DNA of 64,000 nucleotides. It comes from Gekko japonicus. Taxonomy: Eukaryota. The notes beneath the pieces were generated by a model that was not told the DNA's origin, made no database searches, and saw only the letters and a list, made by a program, of their open reading frames with translations. The stretch lies in the NCBI RefSeq assembly GCF_001447785.1, contig NW_015173124.1, forward strand, positions 269,845 through 333,844. The letters are read 5' to 3'. Shown here piece by piece: positions 1-9,933 of the stretch (the first letter of the stretch is position 1; each line of letters begins with the position of its first letter). The translations under genes were made by a program, and so were the position numbers.

Positions 1-125
1 ATTAAACAAACAAACAAAGGTACGTGTTTCCACGTAGGAAGTGAAGCTGCAGTCCACACACTAAATAGCAACATGGAAGAAAATCCTACAAGTAAAGCAG
101 CTCCACTAGTCCCTATTGCACTCAC

Positions 126-3100
126 CTGGCTAATGTAAGCATACAGGACACTCTCTGGAGAAAGAGTCTCCTCCTGCAGTTTCTCTGCCAGTTTCACTAG
201 TGACAGGGACAGAATACTCTCTGTTTGTAATCCAGGGTTCTGCAATAGGAGGCAGAAACGTTACAAGGGAAAAAGATATCTGGAAGTCTTGTCTCAGACA
301 TAGGTATACAAGTGGGAACCCACAATAACTTACTTACAGGCAGAGCTTTTTTCCTGGGGGAATGCACGGGAACAGAGTTCCAGAACCGACAACATTCTTC
401 TAAAAATGTTTGAAAGTTCATGAGCTTTCAGTATACAGATTGAAAACTTCATTTCCCTCTTGAGAGTNNNNNNNNNNNNNNNNNNNNNNNNNNNNNNNNN
501 NNNNNNNNNNNNNNNNNNNNNNNNNNNNNNNNNNNNNNNNNNNNNNNNNNNNNNNNNNNNNNNNNNNNNNNNNNNNNNNNNNNNNNNNNNNNNNNNNNNN
601 NNNNNNNNNNNNNNNNNNNNNNNNNCATCTAATTTCCCCTTCCCTGAAAACCCCCACAGCCTCTCTTTTTCCTGCACCCTCTCTTCTTCCCATCCACCAG
701 CCAACCTAATTTTATTCTGCCCCCCTCCCCCCCCTTATCTTCAGTTTTCCCTCCTTCCCTACCCCTGGAAGCCTCTTACCTGGAAAACTATGGCCTAGTG
801 ATATGCTGCTGGTTGCAGCAATGGACCCAGTTGCACAGTGGAGAACCTGCAAGGACTTGCAAGAGTCACCTGTTTTCCCCTGTATCACCTTCCCCACACT
901 ATTCCCTCTTTTCCTCCTCCTGGCAACTCCTCATGGCCTCTCAGTTTGGTGTAGTGGCTAAGAGCACGAACTCTAATCTGGGAGAACCGGGTTTGATTCC
1001 CCACTCCACATGCAGCTGCTGGTGTGACCTTGGGTCAGTCACAAGCAGTGTTCCCTCTAAGCTGAGTTAGTGTGAGCTAGCTCACAGTTTTTTAGCCTCT
1101 GGCTCACACATTTTTGTCTTAGCTCAGGAAGGATGGTTCCAGAGCAAACTAATTTATGCAGTAGCCAAATCACTTGCTCACAACTTTAATGCCAGTGGCT
1201 CAAGAAGTAGAATTTTTGCTCACAAGACTCCAGGGAGCATTGGTCACAAGTTATTTCAGAGCTGTTCTCTCAAGAGCAAAAGAGCTCTCTCAGCCCCACC
1301 TACCTCAAAGGGTGTCTGTTGTGGGGAGGGGAAGGGAGATTGTAAGCCACTCTGAGACTCCTTCAAGTAATGAAGGGCAGGGTATACATCCAATCTCCTC
1401 CTCCTTCATTTGCAGCCAATATGGAGAAGGGGCAAAACTGAATTCAGCCTTCAAAACAGTAGAATTCAGATCTACATTTCTTCCTTGTCCATCCTTTAAG
1501 CCCTTCAACTGCCTTTTTGTCACTTTGCAGCTGAGCCACAGTGCAGTTTTGTGCCATGGCTCAAGTAGGAAGGGGGAGGGGTTGTTACCGGCAGTGGAGC
1601 ATGTGACTGTGGTTGTATCAGCACTTCTGCACTGATACAATAGAACGCAAGGAGCAGGGGCATGAAGGGCAACATGCAGACTCCATCCCCACTTGCTCCC
1701 ACTCCACTGTCTGCTGCTTCCACAGGGGGAGCATCTTTTCCTTCCTTGTGTGGAAGCAAAGCAACTAAATTACACTAGATGTTTGGTCATGAGCCGAGCC
1801 AGGCCAGGGTTATCCCAACTTGACATGCGTTCCTCACAGCCAGATGGCAGTGGCAGGAAAACGCCCCCTCACACATACACTAGGATGGAACCTGATTCAA
1901 ATTGGGCCATAGCTTTTTCTGCCTTCTCCCCCATGCCCTTTTCCCAATCTGAAATAGCCCCAGGAAAGTATCATTTGCTCCTATGCACTGTTGCATGTAC
2001 ACTGCACATGCTCCCCCCCCAGTGGGGCAAATTAACATCCCCAGAGATATTATGGGTTAGGACAATGACATGGGAGGGGGAGACTGAAGCCTCTACTTTC
2101 CCTGCACCATGGTCCTGATCTGAATTGTGACCTGCAGCTCTTGGAAAATAAGGTTCTCTGCAGCTGCCATCTGGCAGTAAGACATTAGTTGGGTTGGGAG
2201 AACCCCAACTAGACTTGTTGCCAAATTGGTTGTGTAGTCTGGCACTGTTCAGTCTGTAACATGCTTAGTGGCTTCTGATCACCGTAGCTCAGTCCATCCC
2301 AGGGTAATATGGCTGTTAGGAAAGCACCTTGGGAGTGCAGGATCTGATGTGGAACCTTATTTTTGAGAAGAGAAACCCCCCCCCCCGCTCCTGATGGTGG
2401 CAAGCTTCCCTCTCCCCTCACTGTGGAATTTGGGGGGGGGCAATCATGGAACATGAGAAAAGACAGCTCCGAGGGTATTTAAATACCTTTTGAGATCCCT
2501 TCTATGGGGCAAGAAAGCCTAGAAGGGCACTCAAGAGTGGTACCTTCAGTACATCTCCAACAATCCCCCTTTCTGCTAGCTCTGCTGTATAAGAGGTGCC
2601 GAAAGTATCACTCTTAAGTGCTCTTCTAAGCTTTCTTGCCCCATGGAAGTGAACTCAAAAGGTCTGACGGCAATTAAATGCCCCCTGAGCTGTTTTTTTT
2701 CATAGGAACTGACACCTTGCTGCCTTGTCCCTTGAAAGGAATGGCTAGAAACAGGCTCAGAGCCTCCCCCTTTAAAGACAGGTGTTCAGATAAATTAATT
2801 TTACAAATTAATTTTAAAAAAATGAAATGCCCCCTCCAACAGAAAGTCCTGGCTATGGGCATGTAAGCCTTCACAGAGGCAACTTTGCTCTGGTGAGGTG
2901 AAAATATCCCCAGTAAATAAATATTTCTGCTTGAGTGGTGGAATGAGGGTGGAAACCTAGAGCCATGCACAGCTGGGTAAATTCCCCAGGAAGAATGGGA
3001 ATGGTGCACGATCCTTTTTGCCACAGAGATCATGAGAAGGCTGGGGCAAGAGACTACTGTGGGGTTCAATCATCAATATGAACTCCAGTCTTCCAAATTA

Positions 3101-4009
3101 TTATCTGAAGAATTTTGCCTCAAACCTTAGAATGTGTTCTGGTAGTTTTTAAATACATTAGTTCATTTTTGAGATATGTGCATTTTAGAAATTGGGTTAA
3201 TTAATCAGTGGTGATGGAAAGTGCCGTCAAGTCACAGCTGACCGATGGCAACCCCGTAGGGTTTCCAAGGCAAGTCGCATTTAAAGGTGGTTTGCCACTG
3301 CCTGCCTCGTCATGACCCTGGTATTCCGAACATTCAGAAATCACTCAGGTTTCATTTTGCAACCAGGACTGACAAAAAAAAACCTGAGAAGAAAGGATTC
3401 TAACAATCAGAGATTTAAGAGCCACCAGATGTTCTTGCATAGAGGTCCTTGTTTCACTGCAATATTTCAGCTTACTTAAATACTAAATACCCACTTACAG
3501 TGAAGGTGGATGCTACTGACACTATTAGTAAGGTGAGGTCTCATTCTTTATTCAAGCACAGGCAATATCCTGCTATTCAGGGCTGCATTTGAAAACTTAC
3601 CTTGAATCCCCCCCTCAAATCTTGACGAAAAAAATCAACTCCGATACTAAATTGACCCAGCTGATTTGTGTCCAACATAGCTCATTTGGACTCTTTCTTT
3701 CAGAAATGCCAAAGGCTTAAAAACAATCACTTCAGAGGAAGTGATCAGAGCTCACTGTGAGAAGAGGCCTCCATACCACTCCCAACCCAAGGGGGGGGGG
3801 ATCACCTTCTGCTTGAATTTCAAAACCGCTCTTTCCATTTGCTTCAGGCTTCTGTCTCGCCACTGCCTGGCCTCGTTCATCTTCCTCTGGACACTTCTGT
3901 GCAGCACCCATTTCCACACCACCACAGCTGCCACTGAGCCACAGGCAAGGGCTGCAGAAGCACGTAGCCCATCCACAGGCAGGCTCTCCCTCAGCATCTC
4001 CAGGTTCAT
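126..4009 (-). CDS. FAAH/vitamin D3 hydroxylase-associated protein-like amidase, paralogue B (exons 1-2 only; continues past window start)
   Basis: Exon 1 4009-3806 (MNLEMLRES...AVVVWKW...AVLKFKQK; hydrophobic N-terminal anchor; AAG|GTGAT donor). Exon 2 239-126 (114 nt, NPGLQTESILSLSLVKLAEKLQEETLSPESVLYAYISQ; ttgcag| and |GTGAG). Exon 2 has the same size and phase as exon 2 of the paralogue at 27276-27163, with clear similarity. Confidence 0.88.
942..1410 (+). mobile_element. tRNA-derived squamate SINE, split by a hAT MITE at 1046-1242
   Basis: tRNA-like head with A/B boxes (TGGTGTAGTGG ... GGTTTGATTCC). The body resumes after 1250 and ends in a CT-rich tail. Confidence 0.65.
1046..1242 (+). 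mobile_element. hAT-type MITE, copy 1
   Basis: Ends CAGTGTTCCCT...AGGGAGCATTG. Perfect 8-bp TSD GTCACAAG (1038-1045, 1243-1250). Nearly identical to the copies at 23179 and 46612. Confidence 0.85.
2444..2712. repeat. Old palindromic MITE-like inverted repeat
   Basis: Arms about 2444-2557 and 2592-2712 are imperfect reverse complements (e.g. ATGGGGCAAGAAAGC / GCTTTCTTGCCCCAT). Confidence 0.6.
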
Positions 4010-4170
4010 GGCAAAAGCTCTTTGTTACCTTTGCCCAGTTGGCTCTCTCACATGGGTAGGCAGTGTCCGGTGCTATCTAGTGATACGCTGCAGAGCTGTT
4101 CCAGATCAGGAGGAGGGTCTCAAACTTCAGGCCAAGACTACTCCCAAGACATCTCAGAACCCGAGCCTCG

Positions 4171-4176
4171 TTTATA
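4171..4176 (-). promoter_or_regulatory. Candidate TATA box of FAAH-like paralogue B
   Basis: TATAAA on the minus strand, about 165 bp upstream of the ATG at 4009. Confidence 0.35.
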
Positions 4177-4942
4177 TGTAGCTAAGCAGCTAAGGGAATT
4201 TTTTTTCTCTTGTTAAAACCAAATACCTCTACTCCCCCCTCCCCAAACATAACTCAGTTACACAGAAATAAATATTAATAAATGAAGGACAATTTTTAAA
4301 CATATATTTGTATTTTTAATGACACACCAATGATTCACAAACAAAATAAAGCCCATTTCATAACTCTTTAAAAAGTTACAAATCTATAAAACGATAACAA
4401 GCTCTTTCATCTATACGGAAATATTTTAAATGAATATAAATGTCTCTCAAAATCCACGCCAATTAGGGCTACAGGAGTAACCTTTAGGACTTTGAATTGT
4501 GGCCAAGAAGGAAGAGGCAGACTCTTAACTAAAACCAAAAGCTCACTGGCATGCTTGGGAAGCTGCAATATTAACCCACTCCCATACTGCCAAGTGACTT
4601 ATTAATGGCCGCCCTTTGTACCCTGTCTCTTGCACACCAGTGACTCTGCTCTCGTTTTTAAAAGTCACTGCAGGGGGGTGAAGAAGGTCCTTACATTCTT
4701 TCCTTTCTGTTCAGCATTTCAACTCCCAGTTTCCAGAACAAACGGGCAAACACTCCCTGCCTCACCACTCAGGGCTGTGCTAATACAGCAGCGGCAGCAG
4801 CACAGATTCCAAAGACCCTTTGCTGGAAGCATTCACAGAGGGACAAGCAAGCATGTGACTGTTGCTGCAATTTCATTGGTCACGTGACACAGAAGCACTG
4901 AAATGATTTAATCAAAGACAGTGTCAGATCCCAGAGCCCAGC

Positions 4943-5299
4943 TGTTAGATCGCGCTAACAAAGGACTCGTACAGTGATTCAGCAAGTGATTCAGCTTTAT
5001 TGGAAGTAACGAACAAGCACTAACTCAGTAAGAAACCAGAACAGAAAACAGTGGGAGCTTATGCTCCTTTTAAACATAACCGGGCTAATGTAGCCACGCC
5101 TATTTACAAATAACAACCAATGAGATTGCTAGAATAAAGACCAATGGGAGTCTTTCCCTCCTAGGGAATGGTATCGTTCTGATTGGTCGCTGTTACGAAG
5201 CGACCAATAGGAAGTTCGCTCAGAGGAGCCCTGGTCTGGCTCGAAGCTTAACAGGGGAGTCCTATGAGGTGATTCATGTAATCATTTCAATACATTACA
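4943..5299 (-). repeat. 3' LTR of the Gypsy element
   Basis: Direct repeat of 9555-9911; one mismatch (5013 A vs 9625 G). Four CCAAT/ATTGG motifs, TTTAAAAG TATA-like motif and AATAAA on the minus strand. Confidence 0.96.
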
Positions 5300-5300
5300 A

Positions 5301-5312
5301 TTCCTCCCCCCT
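5301..5312 (-). other. Polypurine tract (PPT)
   Basis: AGGGGGGAGGAA on the minus strand immediately before the 3' LTR. Confidence 0.9.
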
Positions 5313-5372
5313 AAGTTAAGCCATCATCCCAATTGTTTTATTATTTACAAACATGCAATCAACCCTTGTACA

Positions 5373-8300
5373 TCAGTTATTCCAACAGTATTTACACTCA
5401 TAGTCCTTCAGATAAGTCGGCATTTGCCGCGAACGCTGGGACCTGCGGAGCGGTGCAGGCTCCACGGGCAGACAAGGTTGTGGGTCAGAGTGGGGTTCAC
5501 TACAGCCTGGATCAGGCACAGACTCGACTGGGATTTCAGCCCCGCACACAGGGTTCTGCCCTGACTTGGGGACAGTACCGGGCCTTTCGGTACTCACCGC
5601 CTGCTCTGGGGGTGTCCACTCGACATCAGGGGATTCAGCCGTCGGAGAGTCAGCGCTGTCCCTAGCCCAACGTCTCCTTAACTGATCTATGTGGCGCCGC
5701 CATATTCGACCGTCAGCTAACTGCACCACATACATTCGAGTACCCACAGAGTCGGATATAACCCCAGGAAGCCACAAGTGCCCGTTTGCATAATTTCGTG
5801 CGAAAACCTTGTCCCCTTTTTCAAACATGCGCACCTTCGGTTGCGCAGTGGTACGCTCGGACTGATCTTCTGTGAGGTCTGGGTGCATTCGGTTCAAACG
5901 GGTCGTGAGTCTCCGCCCCATTAACAATTCGGCCGGACTACGGCCTGTAGCACTACAGGGGGTGGTGTGCTGCAGCAAAAGAAAGGAGCCCAGCCTCTGG
6001 CTCCAGTCCCCTTCGTCCATTTTACCCAGGGCCTCTTTGGCCGTCCTGACCATCCGTTCGGCTTGGCCATTAGATGCCGGATGGAAAGGGGCCGAAGTCA
6101 TTTGGCGTATGCCATTACTCGTGAGGAAGAGCCTAAATTCCTCAGACACAAATTGAGGCCCGTTGTCACTGACGATGACGTCAGGCAACCCGTGGGTGGC
6201 AAAAAGTCGGCGGAGCGCATGGATCACAGCAAGTGATGTGGTCGATTTCATATGCACGACCTCCAGCCATTTGGACATAGCGTCCACCACAATTAGGAAC
6301 ATTTGCCCTTGGAGAGGGCCAGCAAAATCTATATGCAATCTGGCCCAGGGTTTACCAGATGACTCCCAGCCTTGGGGTGTAGCTTGTGGGGGATCGGGTC
6401 TGACTTGCTGGCATTTGGGACACCCTCGTACCCATTCTTCGATCTCTTTGTCCAGCCCCGGCCACCAGACATACCCTCTGGCCAACGCTTTGGTGTGTAC
6501 CATACCGGGGTGACCCTCGTGCAGCGACTCTAACACTCTCGTCCTGAGTTTGTCAGGAACCACCACCCTGTTCCCCCATAATACACAGCCCTTAGAAATG
6601 GATAGTTCATTTTGACGGCTTTTGTAAGGGCCGAACTCCGGTTCAACGCTTCCAACCGGCCACCCCCTCCAAACCCAGTTTAATACTCGGGACAGCACGC
6701 TATCCTTGGCCGTGTGTGCTGCAATGTCCCTGGATGATACCGGGGGTCGAGGAAGCTCCTCAATTGCCAAGACCTCACAGGCGGGGGCAGGGTCTGCGCC
6801 AATGTCCGGCACCGGGCACCGGCTGAGGGCATCCGCATGCCCAATCGCTTTCCCAGGCCGGTGCTCTAAGTCAAAATCATAAGCCTGCAAAAATATCGCC
6901 CATCTAAGCATGCGTGGGGACATGATGTTTGGCAATTGCTTATCGGGCGCAAAAATCCCCAGTAGCGGCTTGTGGTCAGTGACCAGCAAAAATCGTCTGC
7001 CAAAAATAAAATCATGGAACTTTTTGACAGCCGCTACCAACGCCAGACCCTCCTTGTCTATCTGGGCATAGTTCCGCTCTGCCGCAGATAGTGATCTAGA
7101 ATAAAAAGCGATAGGCGCTTCGCTCCCATCAGGCATCAGATGGCTTAAAACTGCGCCTACTCCAAACGGTGAAGCGTCAGCAGCTAACACCAGGAGCTTG
7201 TGTTCATCATAATGCGTGAGTACGGCATTAGATGTCAGCAGCTCCTTGACTCCCACAAAAGCCTTTTCCTCGGCCTGCCCCCACTTCCATTTTGCCTCCT
7301 TGTGCAAAAGCGCGTGCAAAGGGGCCGCCACTGATGCCTTATGCGGTAAAAACGCATGATAAAAATTCAGGAGTCCTAAAAAGGATTGGAGCTCCTTCTT
7401 ACTCACCGGCCTGGGGGCGTTTTGGATTGCAGATACCTTCTCATCCGTGGGGTGGACTCCCTCTGCGTCAATGCGAAACCCCAGGAAGTCCACACTTTCC
7501 ACCCCGAGCGTGCATTTTGAGCGCTTAACTCTGAGGCCGGCATTTTGAAAACGCCTGAGGACCTCTTTAACCCGGTCCAGTAGTTCCTGTTCAGACCCGC
7601 CCGCAATCAGCACGTCGTCAAAATAGGGCACTGTGCCAGGTACCCCCCTTAGTAGACGTTCCATGAGGCCCTGAAAAATCCCAGGTGCTACGTTGACCCC
7701 GAATTGCAGCCTGTTCACTTTAAAAGCCCCTTGGTGGGTTACAATTGTTTGGGCCTCGGCAGCCTCCGGGGTGACAGGCAACTGCTGGTATGCCTGGGCC
7801 AGGTCAAATTTGGCGAAAATCTTGCCACCCCCCAGGGAAGCCAAAATGTGGCTTATTACCGGGACCGGGTACGAATGTTGCTGCAGCGCCTTGTTAATCG
7901 TACATTTGTAATCGGCGCATAGTCGTATGGACCCATCTGATTTGACAGGGGTTACGATCGGGGTCTCCCATTTGCTGTATGGTACTGGCTCTAAAACCCC
8001 TTGCTCAACTAGTTTGTCAATCTCTTTTTCCACCTTATGTTTGAGAGACACAGGTACTTTCCGATACTTCAACCTAATAGGTTTGACTGACGGATCTAAG
8101 TCAAACGCAACCGGGGGGCCCTTGTACCTTCCCAACCCTTCGGCAAATACATCAGGGAACAGGTCGTACAGCATGCCCCATTTATTTTCAGACATCCTGT
8201 TAATCCCAGAAATACCGATGCCCAATGGCTCAAACCAATCTAACCCTAGCAGGTTAACCCGGTCTCCCTCTGCAATCAGGAATGACAGTTTAACACATTT

Positions 8301-9536
8301 CCCCTTATACTCAACAGTAACAGAGTCCCGTCCGGCCAAGGGAATTCGGTTGCCCTGGAAGTCGGACACTCTGGTTCCCGCAGGCTGGAGCCGCCGCCGG
8401 CTTCGGTTCGGGAACAACTGGCGCCAGGACGCGGCAGAAATCACCGTCACGGACGATCCTGAGTCCACCTCCATTGTACAGGGTCGGCCGTCGAGGAGTG
8501 GAGTCACGGTGATCTTGCCCTGGCTGCTGGTGCGATTTACGGCCGATGCGCTCGACAAGGTCGCCGTCAACTGGCAGCTTGCTTCCGATGCTGAGGAACG
8601 GGTCTTGCCTTGGGTGCTGACTGGAGTGCCCCTCTGCGCTGACCGGTTGTTAGTTGAGGGATCCTTCTTCGCTGATCTGCAGACTCTGGCCAGATGACCA
8701 CGCCGCCCACACGCTCTGCAGTCGACATCACGAGCCCAACAGGAGCCGCGCTGGTGCTTCCCGCCACAACCGGAGCAAGGCTTGACGTTGGTAGTCTTCG
8801 CTGGGGTCCGCTTGCCTCGAACCGCGTTGACGTCATCATCCGCGTCTTCGCCCTCGCTGTCTCGTTGAGCGTGTATACTGGGCTCTGCCACCCGCTGGCG
8901 GACCTCCTTCGTGGACTTCTCCGCTGCTTCCGCGGCCACGGCCTCTTCGTAGGCCACTGCCCAGGTCAGGGTGGTGCGGGCGAACAGCCTCTGTTGCAGC
9001 CTTTCATCTTTGAGACCGCAGACGAGACGGTCTCTGAGGGCTTCCTCCACGTTGTGGAAATTACATGGCCGTGCGGCTTTGCGAAGGGCCGCCACGAAAT
9101 CTGCGATGGTCTCGCCTCCGGCCTGGTTCCGCTTGTAAAAAGCGTGCCGGCAGGCGATCTCCGACGGTTGTGGAGAATAGTGAGCCTTAAGCTTCTCCGT
9201 GATGTCAGCGTAGGTGACAGTCTTTATATCAGTTGGGGCCACCAACGACCTGGCTATGTCGAAGGTCCCCTTCCCGCAGGAACTCAGGAGGCATGCTCGT
9301 TTCTTCGCCTCATCGGTGATGTCGTGGGTCTCCAGATGGAACTCGAACCTGGACAGGTAGGAGTCCCAGTCTTCTGAGGAGGGTTCGAAGCACTCGAACT
9401 TCTGGCTTCCAGCCATCGGGGGAGACTTGGGCACCGGAGCTGGTGGCGCCTCCGCCGGATCGGCTGCTGTGCTCTGCCCGCTTTCTTCCGAGTCCGAAGT
9501 GTGGATGTCCGCAGGGCTGCCTACCTGCTCTAACAT
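5373..9536 (-). CDS. Gag-Pol polyprotein, 1387 aa (Gag with tandem zinc knuckles, protease, RT, RNase H, integrase)
   Basis: Knuckles CSGCGGKHQRGSC and CRACGRRGHLARVC; protease EVDSGS; RT LCADY, FDLAQAY, YFDD; RNase H LAADAS, TDHKPL; integrase HEGH..CPKC, HIDFAGP, VSDNG, AERMV; C-terminal LRRSQR..P.YLKDY. The RT-RH-IN order identifies Gypsy. Confidence 0.96.
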   Translation of the reverse strand: MLEQVGSPADIHTSDSEESGQSTAADPAEAPPAPVPKSPPMAGSQKFECFEPSSEDWDSYLSRFEFHLETHDITDEAKKRACLLSSCGKGTFDIARSLVAPTDIKTVTYADITEKLKAHYSPQPSEIACRHAFYKRNQAGGETIADFVAALRKAARPCNFHNVEEALRDRLVCGLKDERLQQRLFARTTLTWAVAYEEAVAAEAAEKSTKEVRQRVAEPSIHAQRDSEGEDADDDVNAVRGKRTPAKTTNVKPCSGCGGKHQRGSCWARDVDCRACGRRGHLARVCRSAKKDPSTNNRSAQRGTPVSTQGKTRSSASEASCQLTATLSSASAVNRTSSQGKITVTPLLDGRPCTMEVDSGSSVTVISAASWRQLFPNRSRRRLQPAGTRVSDFQGNRIPLAGRDSVTVEYKGKCVKLSFLIAEGDRVNLLGLDWFEPLGIGISGINRMSENKWGMLYDLFPDVFAEGLGRYKGPPVAFDLDPSVKPIRLKYRKVPVSLKHKVEKEIDKLVEQGVLEPVPYSKWETPIVTPVKSDGSIRLCADYKCTINKALQQHSYPVPVISHILASLGGGKIFAKFDLAQAYQQLPVTPEAAEAQTIVTHQGAFKVNRLQFGVNVAPGIFQGLMERLLRGVPGTVPYFDDVLIAGGSEQELLDRVKEVLRRFQNAGLRVKRSKCTLGVESVDFLGFRIDAEGVHPTDEKVSAIQNAPRPVSKKELQSFLGLLNFYHAFLPHKASVAAPLHALLHKEAKWKWGQAEEKAFVGVKELLTSNAVLTHYDEHKLLVLAADASPFGVGAVLSHLMPDGSEAPIAFYSRSLSAAERNYAQIDKEGLALVAAVKKFHDFIFGRRFLLVTDHKPLLGIFAPDKQLPNIMSPRMLRWAIFLQAYDFDLEHRPGKAIGHADALSRCPVPDIGADPAPACEVLAIEELPRPPVSSRDIAAHTAKDSVLSRVLNWVWRGWPVGSVEPEFGPYKSRQNELSISKGCVLWGNRVVVPDKLRTRVLESLHEGHPGMVHTKALARGYVWWPGLDKEIEEWVRGCPKCQQVRPDPPQATPQGWESSGKPWARLHIDFAGPLQGQMFLIVVDAMSKWLEVVHMKSTTSLAVIHALRRLFATHGLPDVIVSDNGPQFVSEEFRLFLTSNGIRQMTSAPFHPASNGQAERMVRTAKEALGKMDEGDWSQRLGSFLLLQHTTPCSATGRSPAELLMGRRLTTRLNRMHPDLTEDQSERTTAQPKVRMFEKGDKVFARNYANGHLWLPGVISDSVGTRMYVVQLADGRIWRRHIDQLRRRWARDSADSPTAESPDVEWTPPEQAVSTERPGTVPKSGQNPVCGAEIPVESVPDPGCSEPHSDPQPCLPVEPAPLRRSQRSRQMPTYLKDYECKYCWNN

Positions 9537-9552
9537 CCCATCCTCGTCGCCA
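9535..9552 (-). other. Primer binding site complementary to the tRNA-Ser(GCU) 3' end
   Basis: TGGCGACGAGGATGGGAT starts 2 nt inside the 5' LTR boundary. It complements ...AUCCCAUCCUCGUCGCCA (recalled vertebrate tRNA-Ser GCU end). Confidence 0.85.
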
Positions 9553-9554
9553 AT

Positions 9555-9911
9555 TGTTAGATCGCGCTAACAAAGGACTCGTACAGTGATTCAGCAAGTG
9601 ATTCAGCTTTATTGGAAGTAACGAGCAAGCACTAACTCAGTAAGAAACCAGAACAGAAAACAGTGGGAGCTTATGCTCCTTTTAAACATAACCGGGCTAA
9701 TGTAGCCACGCCTATTTACAAATAACAACCAATGAGATTGCTAGAATAAAGACCAATGGGAGTCTTTCCCTCCTAGGGAATGGTATCGTTCTGATTGGTC
9801 GCTGTTACGAAGCGACCAATAGGAAGTTCGCTCAGAGGAGCCCTGGTCTGGCTCGAAGCTTAACAGGGGAGTCCTATGAGGTGATTCATGTAATCATTTC
9901 AATACATTACA
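9555..9911 (-). repeat. 5' LTR of the Gypsy element
   Basis: Direct repeat of 4943-5299, followed by the PBS. AATAAA (minus strand) at 9608-9613. Confidence 0.96.
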
Positions 9912-9933
9912 CCAGCTTTATGCAACATCACAT

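Larger units (their letters stand above)
4943..9911 (-). mobile_element. Full-length Ty3/Gypsy LTR retrotransposon, Mag-like
   Basis: Two 357-bp TG...CA LTRs differing at one position, 5-bp TSD CCAGC (4938-4942, 9912-9916), PBS, PPT and a single uninterrupted gag-pol ORF. Confidence 0.97.

Noticed and set aside
330-798. ORFs spanning the N gaps (also near 36747-37193 and 60501-61243)
   Set aside because: Their length comes from runs of N; artefacts.
942-1010. tRNA-like A/B boxes (also 33490-33570)
   Set aside because: These are SINE heads; no cloverleaf or acceptor stem, and they continue into SINE bodies.
7927-9377. Two long plus-strand ORFs (256 and 227 aa) with an ATGA overlap, resembling an operon
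   Set aside because: They are antisense shadows of the GC-rich gag-pol ORF and show no recognisable domains.
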